Position numbers and translations under genes: made by a program
DNA from: a virus
Lineage: Duplodnaviria > Caudoviricetes
Direction: 5' to 3' (one strand)
IMG/VR virus record: IMGVR_UViG_3300028370_000002
Span: 1 to 40,502 of that record
DNA: 40,502 nt
The notes under the pieces: model-generated
The model's database searches: none
What the model was told of the DNA's origin: nothing
What the model saw: only the letters and a program-made list of their open reading frames with translations
In this document: positions 18,010 through 26,580 of the stretch, one piece after another
Numbering within the stretch: position 1 is the first letter of the stretch
Layout: the number at the start of each line of letters is the position of its first letter

Positions 18010-18038
18010 ATATTGCCGCCTATTGCCGCCATATGCAA
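18010..18038 (-). promoter_or_regulatory. CAATA-repeat promoter, copy 2
   Basis: TTGCAT-atggcggCAATAggcgg-CAATAT. Confidence 0.65.
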
Positions 18039-18050
18039 GCGGTTTGTGCT

Positions 18051-18349
18051 GGCCCAGACTCTAAATTTGTTTGGGCCGTTGATAAGTCTTTGATTTGGTT
18101 AGTTAATTTTTCATATTGTCTATCTTCGGCCCGGATGGCCCGGATAGTGAGTAGTATCCTTATGGTGGGCAAGAATGCGACCAATGTATTTGTAGCAATT
18201 ATAAACCCTTACATTTATCGTACACATACGTAACACTTCATTTGTTTGGGCCATTAGGACCATAGTGTATAAAACTTAAGAAATTCAGTCATTTAGTTAC
18301 GGCCCGGATGCCTGAAAAGTCCGGGCCACTGGCCCAAACAGTCCGGGCC
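18051..18349. repeat. AT-rich intergenic region with dispersed GGCCC(GGA/AAAC/AGA) repeats in both orientations; candidate replication origin
   Basis: GGCCCGGAT at 18128, 18137 and 18301; TCCGGGCC at 18320 and 18342; TTTGTTTGGGCC at 18066 and 18241; GGCCCAAACA at 18331; directly downstream of primase-helicase. Confidence 0.55.
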
Positions 18350-18357
18350 GCTACCAT

Positions 18358-18391
18358 AAAAAAGCCCCGCCACAATTTAATGAGACGGGGC
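18358..18391 (-). terminator. Intrinsic terminator after primase-helicase
   Basis: GCCCCG...CGGGGC stem followed by TTTTTT on the minus strand. Confidence 0.65.
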
Positions 18392-18408
18392 GTTAATTTA
18401 ACGTTAAT

Positions 18409-21015
18409 TTACTGGCCGGGCATTTTAATCACTGTTGACCGGACCGGGCCGCCGTCACCCAATCGTTGCGCTGCGTCATACAGCGCCATAATGCTTGCGG
18501 GGTCGGTGCCCGTATGATCTGCGATATGATACAGGCGGCATCTCATCGGTGCCTTGGGGAAGTTATGAAACTCTGAAGGAGACCTGTGACACCGAGTCGA
18601 ATGGCGATATCCAACCTGTTCAAGCTGCCGCGCAAGATACGGGCCGCCCGGCACCTTGAGGTCTTCGGACTCAAGCAGATCGCGCACCGCGTTGAGCGAT
18701 ACCCATCCGCCCCTGAAGCCGACCGCCCCTTCTCTTACAGCCGACCGGATCAGCCCCGCCGCCGCCCCATCGCCAGCGTGCATCGCCTCAGCCGTGCTGG
18801 ACGTGACAGGCGCACGGGACGGGGCCACATCAAGCGCCAGGTGGCCCAGATAGCCCCGCACCGCCTCGGCTCCGCCCGCGCCCCACCAGTCATAATAGGA
18901 TCCCCACCAGTCGCCTGTGCTGCCCTTCCACCATTCGGGATAGAACGCCCGCGCGGCTTCGTCCTCGGTTTGCAGGGCTGAGATGAAATGCGCGTAGCGG
19001 CGTTCGCCTGGCGTGGCCAGCATGCAATGCAGATGGTTCGTGGTGAATATCCAGTTGGTGAAGTTTTGCGCGTCGTAAGAGCCTTTACCTTTGCCGTGAA
19101 TGTGCGCGTCGTCATCTGTGATCCACGGCTTGATTTTTTCAGACAGCACCGACAATTCGCGCTTGCTGTGGTCGCCTATCTCGTTGACGACGATCAGCGT
19201 CTTGCGGTCCATGTAGCCGTTGAAGTCGGTGGCAATCACGTCAGGCGACGGATGCGCTACATTCTTGCGCCCGTGACAATACGCAACGGCTTGGGAAATC
19301 GTGCCCTTGCCGCACCCCGGCGTGCCCTGCATGACCGGCGACCAGCGCAACATCACGCCCGGCCGCTGCACCAGATGCGCCAGAATTTGCAGCAGCGTGT
19401 GCTGGTCTGATGCGTCCGGGAAGTTGGACCGGATGACGTGCAGGAACGGCTCAATCGCATCAGCACCGACCGGCGCTGCGGGCGCTGCATGTCCTGGCTC
19501 GTAGACGTTCCGGATCTTGCGCCCCTTGTCGTCGTAAAGATCAACGCCCGCCAGCGGGTCGTATCCTGTCGCGTGATAACTGAGCGTGTCGGGATGCTCC
19601 CACCAATAATCTGCCGCCAGCTTGGCGCGGGCGTTGCCTGTCGCCTTATCCTCGATCATGATCGGCGGAAGCTGCGCCATGGCATCTCTGAATTGCGTGC
19701 GACCCTGGGGTTGCATCCCGCCCCTCGCATCCACCGCCACCGCCTGCCCCGCCTCATTTCGAACAATGAAGTAATAATTCAGCTCCGCATATTCCGGTGT
19801 CTGCAACGCAACGGCACCCTTGGCCGCCAGAAAAGCCGTGACAGCCCGCTTTACCGCCGCCTGCATTTTTACTTTGATGCGATACTCCTGACAGAACTCC
19901 ATCACAGTCTCGCGGTCGGCAGGCGACAGCCGCGCAATTTCATCGGCCAGCAACTCCGCGGCTGTCAGTGGGTTGTCCTTAATCCGCGCACAGATCAGAT
20001 CGACCACGCTTGCCGCTCGTGGCGCGGTCGGCATCCCCTGCCCCGGCGCGGTCGGCATCATACCTGCTGGCACATGCGACGGCCCCGGCATGTTCAACAG
20101 GCGGTGTCGCGCACCAATGCCAGCCACGTCTGCCCCGGCCTGCTTGGCATGGTAGCCTATCGTCCCCATGCCCGATCCGCCATTTTTTCCGGGCGTGAAA
20201 GATGCAAACCGCTTGCGCAATTCTTTGGGGTCGTAATGCCTGCTGCGGCTTGACCACGCATCGGCAACTTGTAACCCGTCATCGCTGCCCCCGGATACGT
20301 CTACGATGGCCGCGATGATGCTGTGCCAGTGCTTGTCGCCACCTTGGCTGTCAGCTTCTAGATCGGGGCTAACCCACGTCAGCAATTCCTCCACCTCAGC
20401 CAAACTGGTGGGGGTTTCCCGGCGCGGCGTGGGCATCACAGGCGCTTCGACTGTCAAACGGTTGTAGAACGCGCCTGCATCGTGCGATGACGTGTGAACC
20501 ACACGGGACATGTGCGGCGCGCTACCGGGTTTCAGGTGCCAGAACCCCGGCAGCCGCATCACGCGCGGCAAGTCTTTGACGGCTGGATCACCGTCGAATT
20601 TCTTGATCAGCGCGGCCTGTAGCGGTGTGAATTGTTCAAGCGTCACATCATTAACAAGCCAATATGCATGCCATTTGCCCGGCGAACTTTCGACTTCGAT
20701 GTGCGGGGTTTGCCATTCCCGGACAGGCTCGATCGGTGCGCCGTCAAGATCCAGCCAAAGCGCACGAACCCGTGTGATGTTTTCGGCTTTGCGGCCTGTG
20801 CCGTCCGTCGCGTTGATGGTAATATACACTCCAGCGCCACGGCTTTGCAGATCGGTCAAACTGTCGGCATGATCAGCAAGCGTGCCGTGAAACACCCGCG
20901 CCATTCGGTTATCTTTCCGGGCCGAGTCGTCGTCAAACGTCTGGAACGTGAAATAAGGTGCATCAGGATCGAGCAACTTGAGAAATGCGGAGGCCTGCGC
21001 CAGATCGGGGGTCAC
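18409..21015 (-). CDS. Primase-helicase (RepB'-like AEP primase, PriCT-like domain, SF3/DUF5906-like helicase)
   Basis: WLDLD, ESSPGKWHAYW and DLPRVMRLPGF primase motifs; Walker A GTPGCGKGT, IVVNE and IFTTN. Confidence 0.88.
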   Translation of the reverse strand: MTPDLAQASAFLKLLDPDAPYFTFQTFDDDSARKDNRMARVFHGTLADHADSLTDLQSRGAGVYITINATDGTGRKAENITRVRALWLDLDGAPIEPVREWQTPHIEVESSPGKWHAYWLVNDVTLEQFTPLQAALIKKFDGDPAVKDLPRVMRLPGFWHLKPGSAPHMSRVVHTSSHDAGAFYNRLTVEAPVMPTPRRETPTSLAEVEELLTWVSPDLEADSQGGDKHWHSIIAAIVDVSGGSDDGLQVADAWSSRSRHYDPKELRKRFASFTPGKNGGSGMGTIGYHAKQAGADVAGIGARHRLLNMPGPSHVPAGMMPTAPGQGMPTAPRAASVVDLICARIKDNPLTAAELLADEIARLSPADRETVMEFCQEYRIKVKMQAAVKRAVTAFLAAKGAVALQTPEYAELNYYFIVRNEAGQAVAVDARGGMQPQGRTQFRDAMAQLPPIMIEDKATGNARAKLAADYWWEHPDTLSYHATGYDPLAGVDLYDDKGRKIRNVYEPGHAAPAAPVGADAIEPFLHVIRSNFPDASDQHTLLQILAHLVQRPGVMLRWSPVMQGTPGCGKGTISQAVAYCHGRKNVAHPSPDVIATDFNGYMDRKTLIVVNEIGDHSKRELSVLSEKIKPWITDDDAHIHGKGKGSYDAQNFTNWIFTTNHLHCMLATPGERRYAHFISALQTEDEAARAFYPEWWKGSTGDWWGSYYDWWGAGGAEAVRGYLGHLALDVAPSRAPVTSSTAEAMHAGDGAAAGLIRSAVREGAVGFRGGWVSLNAVRDLLESEDLKVPGGPYLARQLEQVGYRHSTRCHRSPSEFHNFPKAPMRCRLYHIADHTGTDPASIMALYDAAQRLGDGGPVRSTVIKMPGQ

Positions 21016-21701
21016 GGCGTCTCACCATGCTCAAAGCGGGCGGATCGGGCTGCTTCATACGCATTTAGAATGCGAGGTGATCTGAAAGCCCTACCTTTGG
21101 AAATTACCCCGACTTCAATAATAGCAGACATATCAATATCATATTCCATCACTAGCTGTTCACTAATCATGAGTCCAGATTTATCAAAACCCCAATCATC
21201 CAGACAAAGTGTTTGAATGTCCAATCCTGTTCCATCTGCATATTCGCAAAACCCAAGCAACCTTATTGAATTAAATTTACGGGCTTTTTCAATAAACTCG
21301 TAATTGTAATTAATGTGTCCTATAGGGTAGTTGCACTCACCCTTAACACCCATTTGCCTGATAACAGGTCCACCCAATGCTGGGCTTTTAAGTCCGTAAG
21401 GTTGTATGGGTGCCCCAATGTTGCCACATGCCATGTACACAAATTGACCCGTACCATATGCCAACGCCTCGCACTTTCTAATTTCGTCAGTCGTTGGCAT
21501 CTTGCCTTTGATTTCAAGCCATGCATTAAACTCCTTTAAAAAGAAGTCCGGCAGATACCAGCCCGCATCGGTTTCAAAACCTTCAGGCTCATAGTCCCAA
21601 GTCAGGCCAAGCGCATCAAAGAAGACGGCCCACCTCGCCTCAAGGCGGCTCCGAAATCGGTAGCCAGCATAGCGCGTCTCAATTGCTTTGATATTATTCA
21701 T
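21012..21701 (-). CDS. PD-(D/E)XK-family nuclease-like phage protein
   Basis: FRSRLEARWAVFFD, YEPEG, YLPDF and EIKG motifs; likely start MNNIKAIET at 21701. Confidence 0.7.
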   Translation of the reverse strand: MNNIKAIETRYAGYRFRSRLEARWAVFFDALGLTWDYEPEGFETDAGWYLPDFFLKEFNAWLEIKGKMPTTDEIRKCEALAYGTGQFVYMACGNIGAPIQPYGLKSPALGGPVIRQMGVKGECNYPIGHINYNYEFIEKARKFNSIRLLGFCEYADGTGLDIQTLCLDDWGFDKSGLMISEQLVMEYDIDMSAIIEVGVISKGRAFRSPRILNAYEAARSARFEHGETP

Positions 21702-21780
21702 GGAAAAAGCCCTTATGTGGGCCAAGCCTTGCGCTGCATCGCGCGTCATGTTATCTAAGGCTCAGCGTTGTGACAGATGC

Positions 21781-21809
21781 ACCCTACCGCCTTGCACCTC
21801 GCATGGCAA
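21781..21809 (-). promoter_or_regulatory. Possible sigma70-like promoter for the nuclease-primase operon
   Basis: TTGCCA-N17-TAGGGT immediately after a hairpin. Confidence 0.4.
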
Positions 21810-21837
21810 GCCCCGTCCATTAAACCGGACGGGGCTT
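21808..21837. terminator. 11-bp-stem hairpin after the TetR-like gene
   Basis: AAGCCCCGTCC-N8-GGACGGGGCTT. Confidence 0.6.
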
Positions 21838-22049
21838 TACTTATCCAGCAGCACCCGCACGGCATCGCGCAGATCAGGCATCAAAAAATAATGCTTCACC
21901 GTCTCTGGGCTTGTCGGCGGCACGCATTTGTTGGCCACGTCTTGCCGCGACCATGAGTCGATACAGCCCGCATCTTGCGTCAGGGCAACGGCGGCCCGCA
22001 GGATCACTTCGCGCCGACCCTCCGGCGACATTCTTACTCTGCTTGACAT
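21837..22049 (-). CDS. Stand-alone TetR-like HTH DNA-binding protein
   Basis: RMSPEGRREVILRAAVAL...SRQDVA...SPETVKHYF resembles the TetR N-terminal domain; 70 aa. Confidence 0.65.
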   Translation of the reverse strand: MSSRVRMSPEGRREVILRAAVALTQDAGCIDSWSRQDVANKCVPPTSPETVKHYFLMPDLRDAVRVLLDK

Positions 22050-22052
22050 CGG

Positions 22053-22574
22053 TTACGCTCCTTGTGCCGCGGCACGCATACACGCGATCTGGTGCAGGCA
22101 ATCGTCTCGCGCATTGTGATAAGTGTTGGCGCGGTCAACCTTCCGCACGTCAAACTCGTGGACATCATAGAAGGTCCGCGTGTCGCGCACGGCCCAGAAT
22201 TTCCAAGGCGGTGGAAGTTTCAGAACGCCGTAGAGATGTTCAAGAATTGGCGGGTCGAAGTTGTTGCCCTGCGTCCACGTCACGCGCGGTTTGTGTTTGG
22301 CGTAAAACTGGTCGAGCTGTGCCAGCGCTTCTTGCACCTTGACAGGGTTTTCAGTTGCGCTTTGCCACGCTTCGGGGCTTTGCGACTTCCACCACTCGAC
22401 GGTTGACGGATTCTCTTTCAGCCCCATCATTTTTTGGAGCGTCTGGTCCAGCACAACGTGCATGTGATCAACAGGTGTCATTGCGCCTTTTTCAAACGCC
22501 ACAGCCCCTATCGACAGGACGACGCAGCCCGCGCTTGTCCCAAGCGTTTCTATATCCAGCATCATTTCAGTCAT
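22053..22574 (-). CDS. DEDDh 3'-5' exonuclease
   Basis: LDIETLG, GNNFDPPIL, RDTRT and HNARDDC motifs. Confidence 0.85.
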   Translation of the reverse strand: MTEMMLDIETLGTSAGCVVLSIGAVAFEKGAMTPVDHMHVVLDQTLQKMMGLKENPSTVEWWKSQSPEAWQSATENPVKVQEALAQLDQFYAKHKPRVTWTQGNNFDPPILEHLYGVLKLPPPWKFWAVRDTRTFYDVHEFDVRKVDRANTYHNARDDCLHQIACMRAAAQGA

Positions 22575-22594
22575 GCAGTTGCTCCTTTGCGCTA

Positions 22595-22623
22595 CTATTG
22601 CCAGTTATTGACGGTTGTGTCAA
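22595..22623 (-). promoter_or_regulatory. CAATA-repeat promoter, copy 3
   Basis: TTGACA-caaccgtCAATAactgg-CAATAG followed by AAGGAG SD. Confidence 0.7.
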
Positions 22624-22627
22624 ATGC

Positions 22628-23077
22628 TCACAGCGTCACCGCCACGCCCAGCGCCTCAGCCTGTGCAAACAACCACCTGCGGCACTCAGGCCAACCGTCA
22701 CCAATCAGCACATGCGGCGCGTGATGCTTGACCCACATATATGCATCCAGCCGATCGGCAAAGCGCAGCCTCTCATATTCGTCCGGCGTCAATTCGGGCA
22801 GTCCCGGCCAGATACGATCCAGCGCGGCCCGCTCTTGCTCGTGGATAACCGTTGCACCCTTTGTGGTGGACGGCACGTCCCCGACCACGGATTCCCCGTC
22901 ATCATGCACCAGCGCCCAGTGCAGCAAGGCCTTGGAGGCATCAGGCCACAACTTGATGATGATGCGCGCCACCCGCCCGCCGTGGCCCGCCAGCGTGTCA
23001 ACGGTCTGCGCCAGATCCGGGTTGGTGTGCCAGCGCCGGACAAAGCTGGCCCTGAATTGTGATTGTATGTCAGTCAT
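22628..23077 (-). CDS. HD-domain phosphohydrolase (YfbR-like 5'-deoxynucleotidase family)
   Basis: RRWH, H...HDDGESVVGDVPS and ADRLDA motifs. Confidence 0.78.
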   Translation of the reverse strand: MTDIQSQFRASFVRRWHTNPDLAQTVDTLAGHGGRVARIIIKLWPDASKALLHWALVHDDGESVVGDVPSTTKGATVIHEQERAALDRIWPGLPELTPDEYERLRFADRLDAYMWVKHHAPHVLIGDGWPECRRWLFAQAEALGVAVTL

Positions 23078-23631
23078 AGGTTAGGCCTTTCCAAAGGTGT
23101 GTAACGACACTGAAGCGCGGGCATTGCGTCCCAGACTGTCCAGCAAAATTCCATTGTCGGTGACTTGCCTCGATCTAGCGCCATAGCGGGCCGCCACAGC
23201 ATCGGCATAACCGCTGCCGGTCCAGTCTCAAGGAACAGCGCGTGCCGACTCTTTGCGTGCCAGAACGTGCCCTTCAGCAGCAGGGCAAACGGCACCTTCA
23301 TCGCCCTGATATATCTGATGAACTCAACCGCCAGTGCAAAGGGCGGATTGGTGATGACGGCACCGCAAGGCCGGGGCATGGTGGCCAGCATGTCCACGCC
23401 GCCTGTGCCGTATCCGGTGTGTCGGATGTCTGTGCTGCACACCGCGTGGCCGTGCGCCTTCAGCACCTCACTAATTGCCCCAAGACCGCAAGCGGGTTCC
23501 CAGATCACCCCAAACACCGGCCACGCGCGCAACAGCGCCACCGTGCATTCTGGTGGCGTCTCATAAAAGTCCGACGCATGCCTTGCGTGTTCCGCCGACG
23601 ATCCGCCGATGATGGTTTTTCCCGGTATCAT
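23074..23631 (-). CDS. DNA N6-adenine (amino) methyltransferase
   Basis: DFYETP, motif I EPACGLG and motif IV TNPPF. Confidence 0.85.
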   Translation of the reverse strand: MIPGKTIIGGSSAEHARHASDFYETPPECTVALLRAWPVFGVIWEPACGLGAISEVLKAHGHAVCSTDIRHTGYGTGGVDMLATMPRPCGAVITNPPFALAVEFIRYIRAMKVPFALLLKGTFWHAKSRHALFLETGPAAVMPMLWRPAMALDRGKSPTMEFCWTVWDAMPALQCRYTPLERPNL

Positions 23632-25256
23632 TGGCGTGTCGCCTCCATAATATTGTCCCTCAATTCCAGTGCCGCCCGCTCGGACAGCCCCTGTGCAGTC
23701 ATCACATCAGTCCCAAACCGATACAGGAACCGAGCCTGCATGGCCGTGTCGTCATCACCCGCCGCCAGCCGCATCCCGCCCCACCGCTGCATTGCATCGG
23801 ACAGTGACGCCTGAGCCGCCTGGTTTCGCCGGTGCCGGGCGCGGATCCCCGCCGCCACGATCTCAGACGCGCCGTAAGGTATGGCAGGTTCAGCCGCTTG
23901 GATCTTGGCCGCACCGGCGCGCAGCGTTGCCAGCAATTCCAGCGACATCTCGGACAGCACGCCGTCCACCTGATCCGGCGATGACCGCCCCGCCGGGACG
24001 TGCGCTGCGCCGCAATACGGACAGGCAAACACGACGGCTTCATACGTCAGCAGGCATTCCGGGCAGACCCTGACCGGCACCGCGTCGGGATTGCCATTGG
24101 CTTTGCGCGTCTCGTCTTGCCAGAGCGTCCAGGTGCGCGGCGTATCAGGCAGGCCGTGCTTGGCAGCCATGCGGACCACGTTGCCCACATGGTCGATGAT
24201 GATACCGTGAGTCTTGCCTGCAAACGGTCGCAACGCTCTACCAAACTGTTGCACGAACAGCCCGAAGCTGGCCGTTGGTCTGGCCATGATAACCGCCTCA
24301 CACGCTGGCACGTCAAAGCCCTCGCCGAACAGATCGACGTTTGTCAGGATTCGCGTCTCGCCCGATTCAAACCGCGCGACTTGCTCCATCCTATGCCCGT
24401 CGTTGTTTGTGCCGTCCAGCGCCGTAGCAGGCACGCCACGCGCCCTGAATTGTTCTGCAATGTCCTTGGCATCCTGCACCCCTGACGCGAATACAATCGC
24501 CTGCTTGCCGGGAATATGCGTCATGTAGCTTTCCACTACATCGCCGATCAGTTCCGCCTTTTGCGCGCCCTTGGCGGAATTTGCCGTAAACTCGCCGGTC
24601 TTGCCGATCTGCAAAAGCGCCTCGTTGATTCCAGACTCAGGGGCAAACACGCGATAGTCGCACAAGCTGCCAGCGTCGATCAGTTCGCGCATGCCCGGAC
24701 CTTGAACCAGATCGTGAAACAACCCGCCCTGACCGGCGTGCAGTGATTTGTTATCGCCCCTGCACGCCGTAGCCGTGACGCCCAGGCCTTTAGCATTTGG
24801 AAACAACGCCGCAGCAATACCCCACTTGTTATCCTGCCGCCCGTGGTGCGCTTCATCCAGCGTCCAGCGTCGGATCCCGTTGGCCCACGGATCGCCAGGC
24901 TTGAAGCGGCGGATCAGCGTATCAACACCAGCCACGCTGACTGAGGCGCGCGGATCGTAAAAATTGCGTCCCGTGGCAGCAATGTGCAAGCGGATGCAAA
25001 AATTTATAACCGACTGGGGCGCGATGATATTGTGATAAATGCCGGTCAGCGCATATGTTTTGCTGATCTGTCCGACCAGTTCCTGACGATGGACAATGGT
25101 GCAGGACCGTTCCCCATCGGCGTTCAATTTGCTGAAGGTAACTGTTTTTCCCGCACCTGTCGGCATAACGGCTAGCACGTTGCGCGCCCCGCTATCCCAC
25201 TTGGCGCGGATGTCGTCGATCAGTTGCGTCTGGTATGGTCTGAGTGTGAGTATCAT
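23628..25256 (-). CDS. Superfamily 2 DEAH helicase with C-terminal zinc ribbon
   Basis: LRPYQ, PTGAGKT, DEAHH, TAT, EGFDVP, QQFGRALR and CPEC...CPYC. Confidence 0.92.
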   Translation of the reverse strand: MILTLRPYQTQLIDDIRAKWDSGARNVLAVMPTGAGKTVTFSKLNADGERSCTIVHRQELVGQISKTYALTGIYHNIIAPQSVINFCIRLHIAATGRNFYDPRASVSVAGVDTLIRRFKPGDPWANGIRRWTLDEAHHGRQDNKWGIAAALFPNAKGLGVTATACRGDNKSLHAGQGGLFHDLVQGPGMRELIDAGSLCDYRVFAPESGINEALLQIGKTGEFTANSAKGAQKAELIGDVVESYMTHIPGKQAIVFASGVQDAKDIAEQFRARGVPATALDGTNNDGHRMEQVARFESGETRILTNVDLFGEGFDVPACEAVIMARPTASFGLFVQQFGRALRPFAGKTHGIIIDHVGNVVRMAAKHGLPDTPRTWTLWQDETRKANGNPDAVPVRVCPECLLTYEAVVFACPYCGAAHVPAGRSSPDQVDGVLSEMSLELLATLRAGAAKIQAAEPAIPYGASEIVAAGIRARHRRNQAAQASLSDAMQRWGGMRLAAGDDDTAMQARFLYRFGTDVMTAQGLSERAALELRDNIMEATRQ

Positions 25257-25262
25257 GCGCTA

Positions 25263-25291
25263 TTACTAGCCCGCGCCGCGCCGGTAGTAAA
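25263..25291 (-). promoter_or_regulatory. Sigma70-like promoter of the helicase operon, probably leaderless
   Basis: TTTACT-N17-TAGTAA-N6-ATG; no SD. Confidence 0.5.
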
Positions 25292-25306
25292 GGACAATAA
25301 TAGGTA

Positions 25307-25335
25307 TTTACAACCTCACCCGCATCGGTTAAACA
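25307..25335 (+). promoter_or_regulatory. Divergent sigma70-like promoter for the plus-strand replication block
   Basis: TTTACA-N17-TAAACA in the strand-switch intergenic region, upstream of AGGAG SD and ATG 25364. Confidence 0.5.
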
Positions 25336-25363
25336 AATAAAACAAACCAGAGGAGACAGGTTA

Positions 25364-25546
25364 ATGACAGACAATATTCCCCTTACAGACGCCCCACGGG
25401 CGCTGCGGGCACACGGACTTTCCACGACATACCAACGCCTTTGGAGGGCCGTTGTGAATGGCGAAGTGCCTGCCGAACGTGTCGGAAAAAAGTGGCACGT
25501 CCGCGAAGCGGATCTGCCGATCATCGCTCAAATTCTTAAAAAATAA
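25364..25546 (+). CDS. Small excisionase-like (HTH_17/MerR-type) DNA-binding protein
   Basis: YQRLWRAVVNGEVPAERVGKKWHVREADL winged-helix pattern. Confidence 0.7.
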   Translation: MTDNIPLTDAPRALRAHGLSTTYQRLWRAVVNGEVPAERVGKKWHVREADLPIIAQILKK

Positions 25547-25568
25547 CAACCCAAACCGGAGAAATACC

Positions 25569-26180
25569 ATGCAGATTACCTTTGACCCCCACAACGCCCA
25601 GGAATGCGCCACGATTGCCCTCTTGCTTGGCACCACTGCCCAGCCTGACACTGCCCAGCCCGAGACGGCACCGGCACAGCCCGAGACGGCACCGGCACAG
25701 CCCGAGACGGCACCGGCACAGCCCGAGACGGCACCGGCACAGCCCGAGACAGACTGCCACGGTATGGCCCATGACGACACCATCCACAGCACGCCGGCCA
25801 GCAAGAACGCTGACGGATCGTGGCGTGCCAAGCGCGGTCAGAAAGAGGCGTATGATGCGGCCATTGCAGCCGCTACCGGCAATGATGCACCAGCGCCAGC
25901 CGCACCGCAGGGGATGCCCATGCCGCAACCGGCCAGCGCCGCTCCGGCAACACCACCCGCCCCGATCAACTATAAGACAATGGCGGAACGGTTCATGGCG
26001 AAAATGGCTGACCCTGATGGCCTGCCCGCCGAATACGATGCGATCTATGCAGCCCTGTCTATTGGCTATGACGATCTGGAAACCAACCAGACCAGCATCG
26101 CCCGGCTCTGGCATTACATGGACGCTGTGGACAACGGCGATGACCATGACGGATGCGTCCGGCACGCTATGAGCGCATGA
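25569..26180 (+). CDS. Hypothetical protein with AQPETAP repeats
   Basis: GGAG SD before ATG 25569; low-complexity Ala/Pro linkers. Confidence 0.75.
   Translation: MQITFDPHNAQECATIALLLGTTAQPDTAQPETAPAQPETAPAQPETAPAQPETAPAQPETDCHGMAHDDTIHSTPASKNADGSWRAKRGQKEAYDAAIAAATGNDAPAPAAPQGMPMPQPASAAPATPPAPINYKTMAERFMAKMADPDGLPAEYDAIYAALSIGYDDLETNQTSIARLWHYMDAVDNGDDHDGCVRHAMSA
25656..25750 (+). repeat. 21-bp coding tandem repeat, 4 perfect units plus 11 bp
   Basis: CAGCCCGAGACGGCACCGGCA repeated head to tail with no spacers. Confidence 0.95.
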
Positions 26181-26189
26181 TCCACACCG

Positions 26190-26214
26190 GGCGGGCCGCA
26201 ACAGTCCGCCTTTT
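26190..26214 (+). terminator. Probable intrinsic terminator
   Basis: GGCGGGC-cgcaaca-GTCCGCC-TTTT. Confidence 0.55.
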
Positions 26215-26232
26215 ACATATGACAGGGGAGAT

Positions 26233-26580
26233 ATGAAGATGACAGACGACGACAAACTGCTGGCCAGCCTGACGGAATTTACGCCGGGGACGTGGAAACT
26301 TGACCCTGTTAAAGGTGATTGGATGGGCGGCTTTTACAGCGGAGAAACCTCAGTTTGCACCTTTGGAGATGCACGCGATTACTACCCAACAGAAGGGGAA
26401 CCTCCAAACTATGCAAATGCACAACTGATCGCCGCCGCCCCCGACCTGCACCGCATTGCGACCGAACTGGCGGCAGAAAACAAACGGCTGCGGGCGGCGT
26501 TGAGCGTCGTACATAAGTGCAGCAACTGTTCAAGCTCACGAGGTGTTGCTCGTGCAGCACTGGGAGACACACGCCAATGA
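26233..26580 (+). CDS. Hypothetical phage protein
   Basis: TPGTW...ANAQLIAAAPDL pattern common in small phage proteins; GGGGAG SD. Confidence 0.7.
   Translation: MKMTDDDKLLASLTEFTPGTWKLDPVKGDWMGGFYSGETSVCTFGDARDYYPTEGEPPNYANAQLIAAAPDLHRIATELAAENKRLRAALSVVHKCSNCSSSRGVARAALGDTRQ

Noticed and set aside
22628-23077. DatZ-like dATPase indicating a 2-aminoadenine (Z) genome
   Set aside because: No PurZ or MazZ homologue is recognisable, and an HD domain alone is insufficient.
25364-25546. Excisionase implying a temperate lifestyle
   Set aside because: No integrase or att-like context was found, so it is more likely a transcriptional regulator.
25656-25750. Possible CRISPR array near a Cas4-like gene
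   Set aside because: The repeats are contiguous with no spacers and encode an in-frame heptapeptide. Stand-alone Cas4-like exonucleases are common in phage replication modules.
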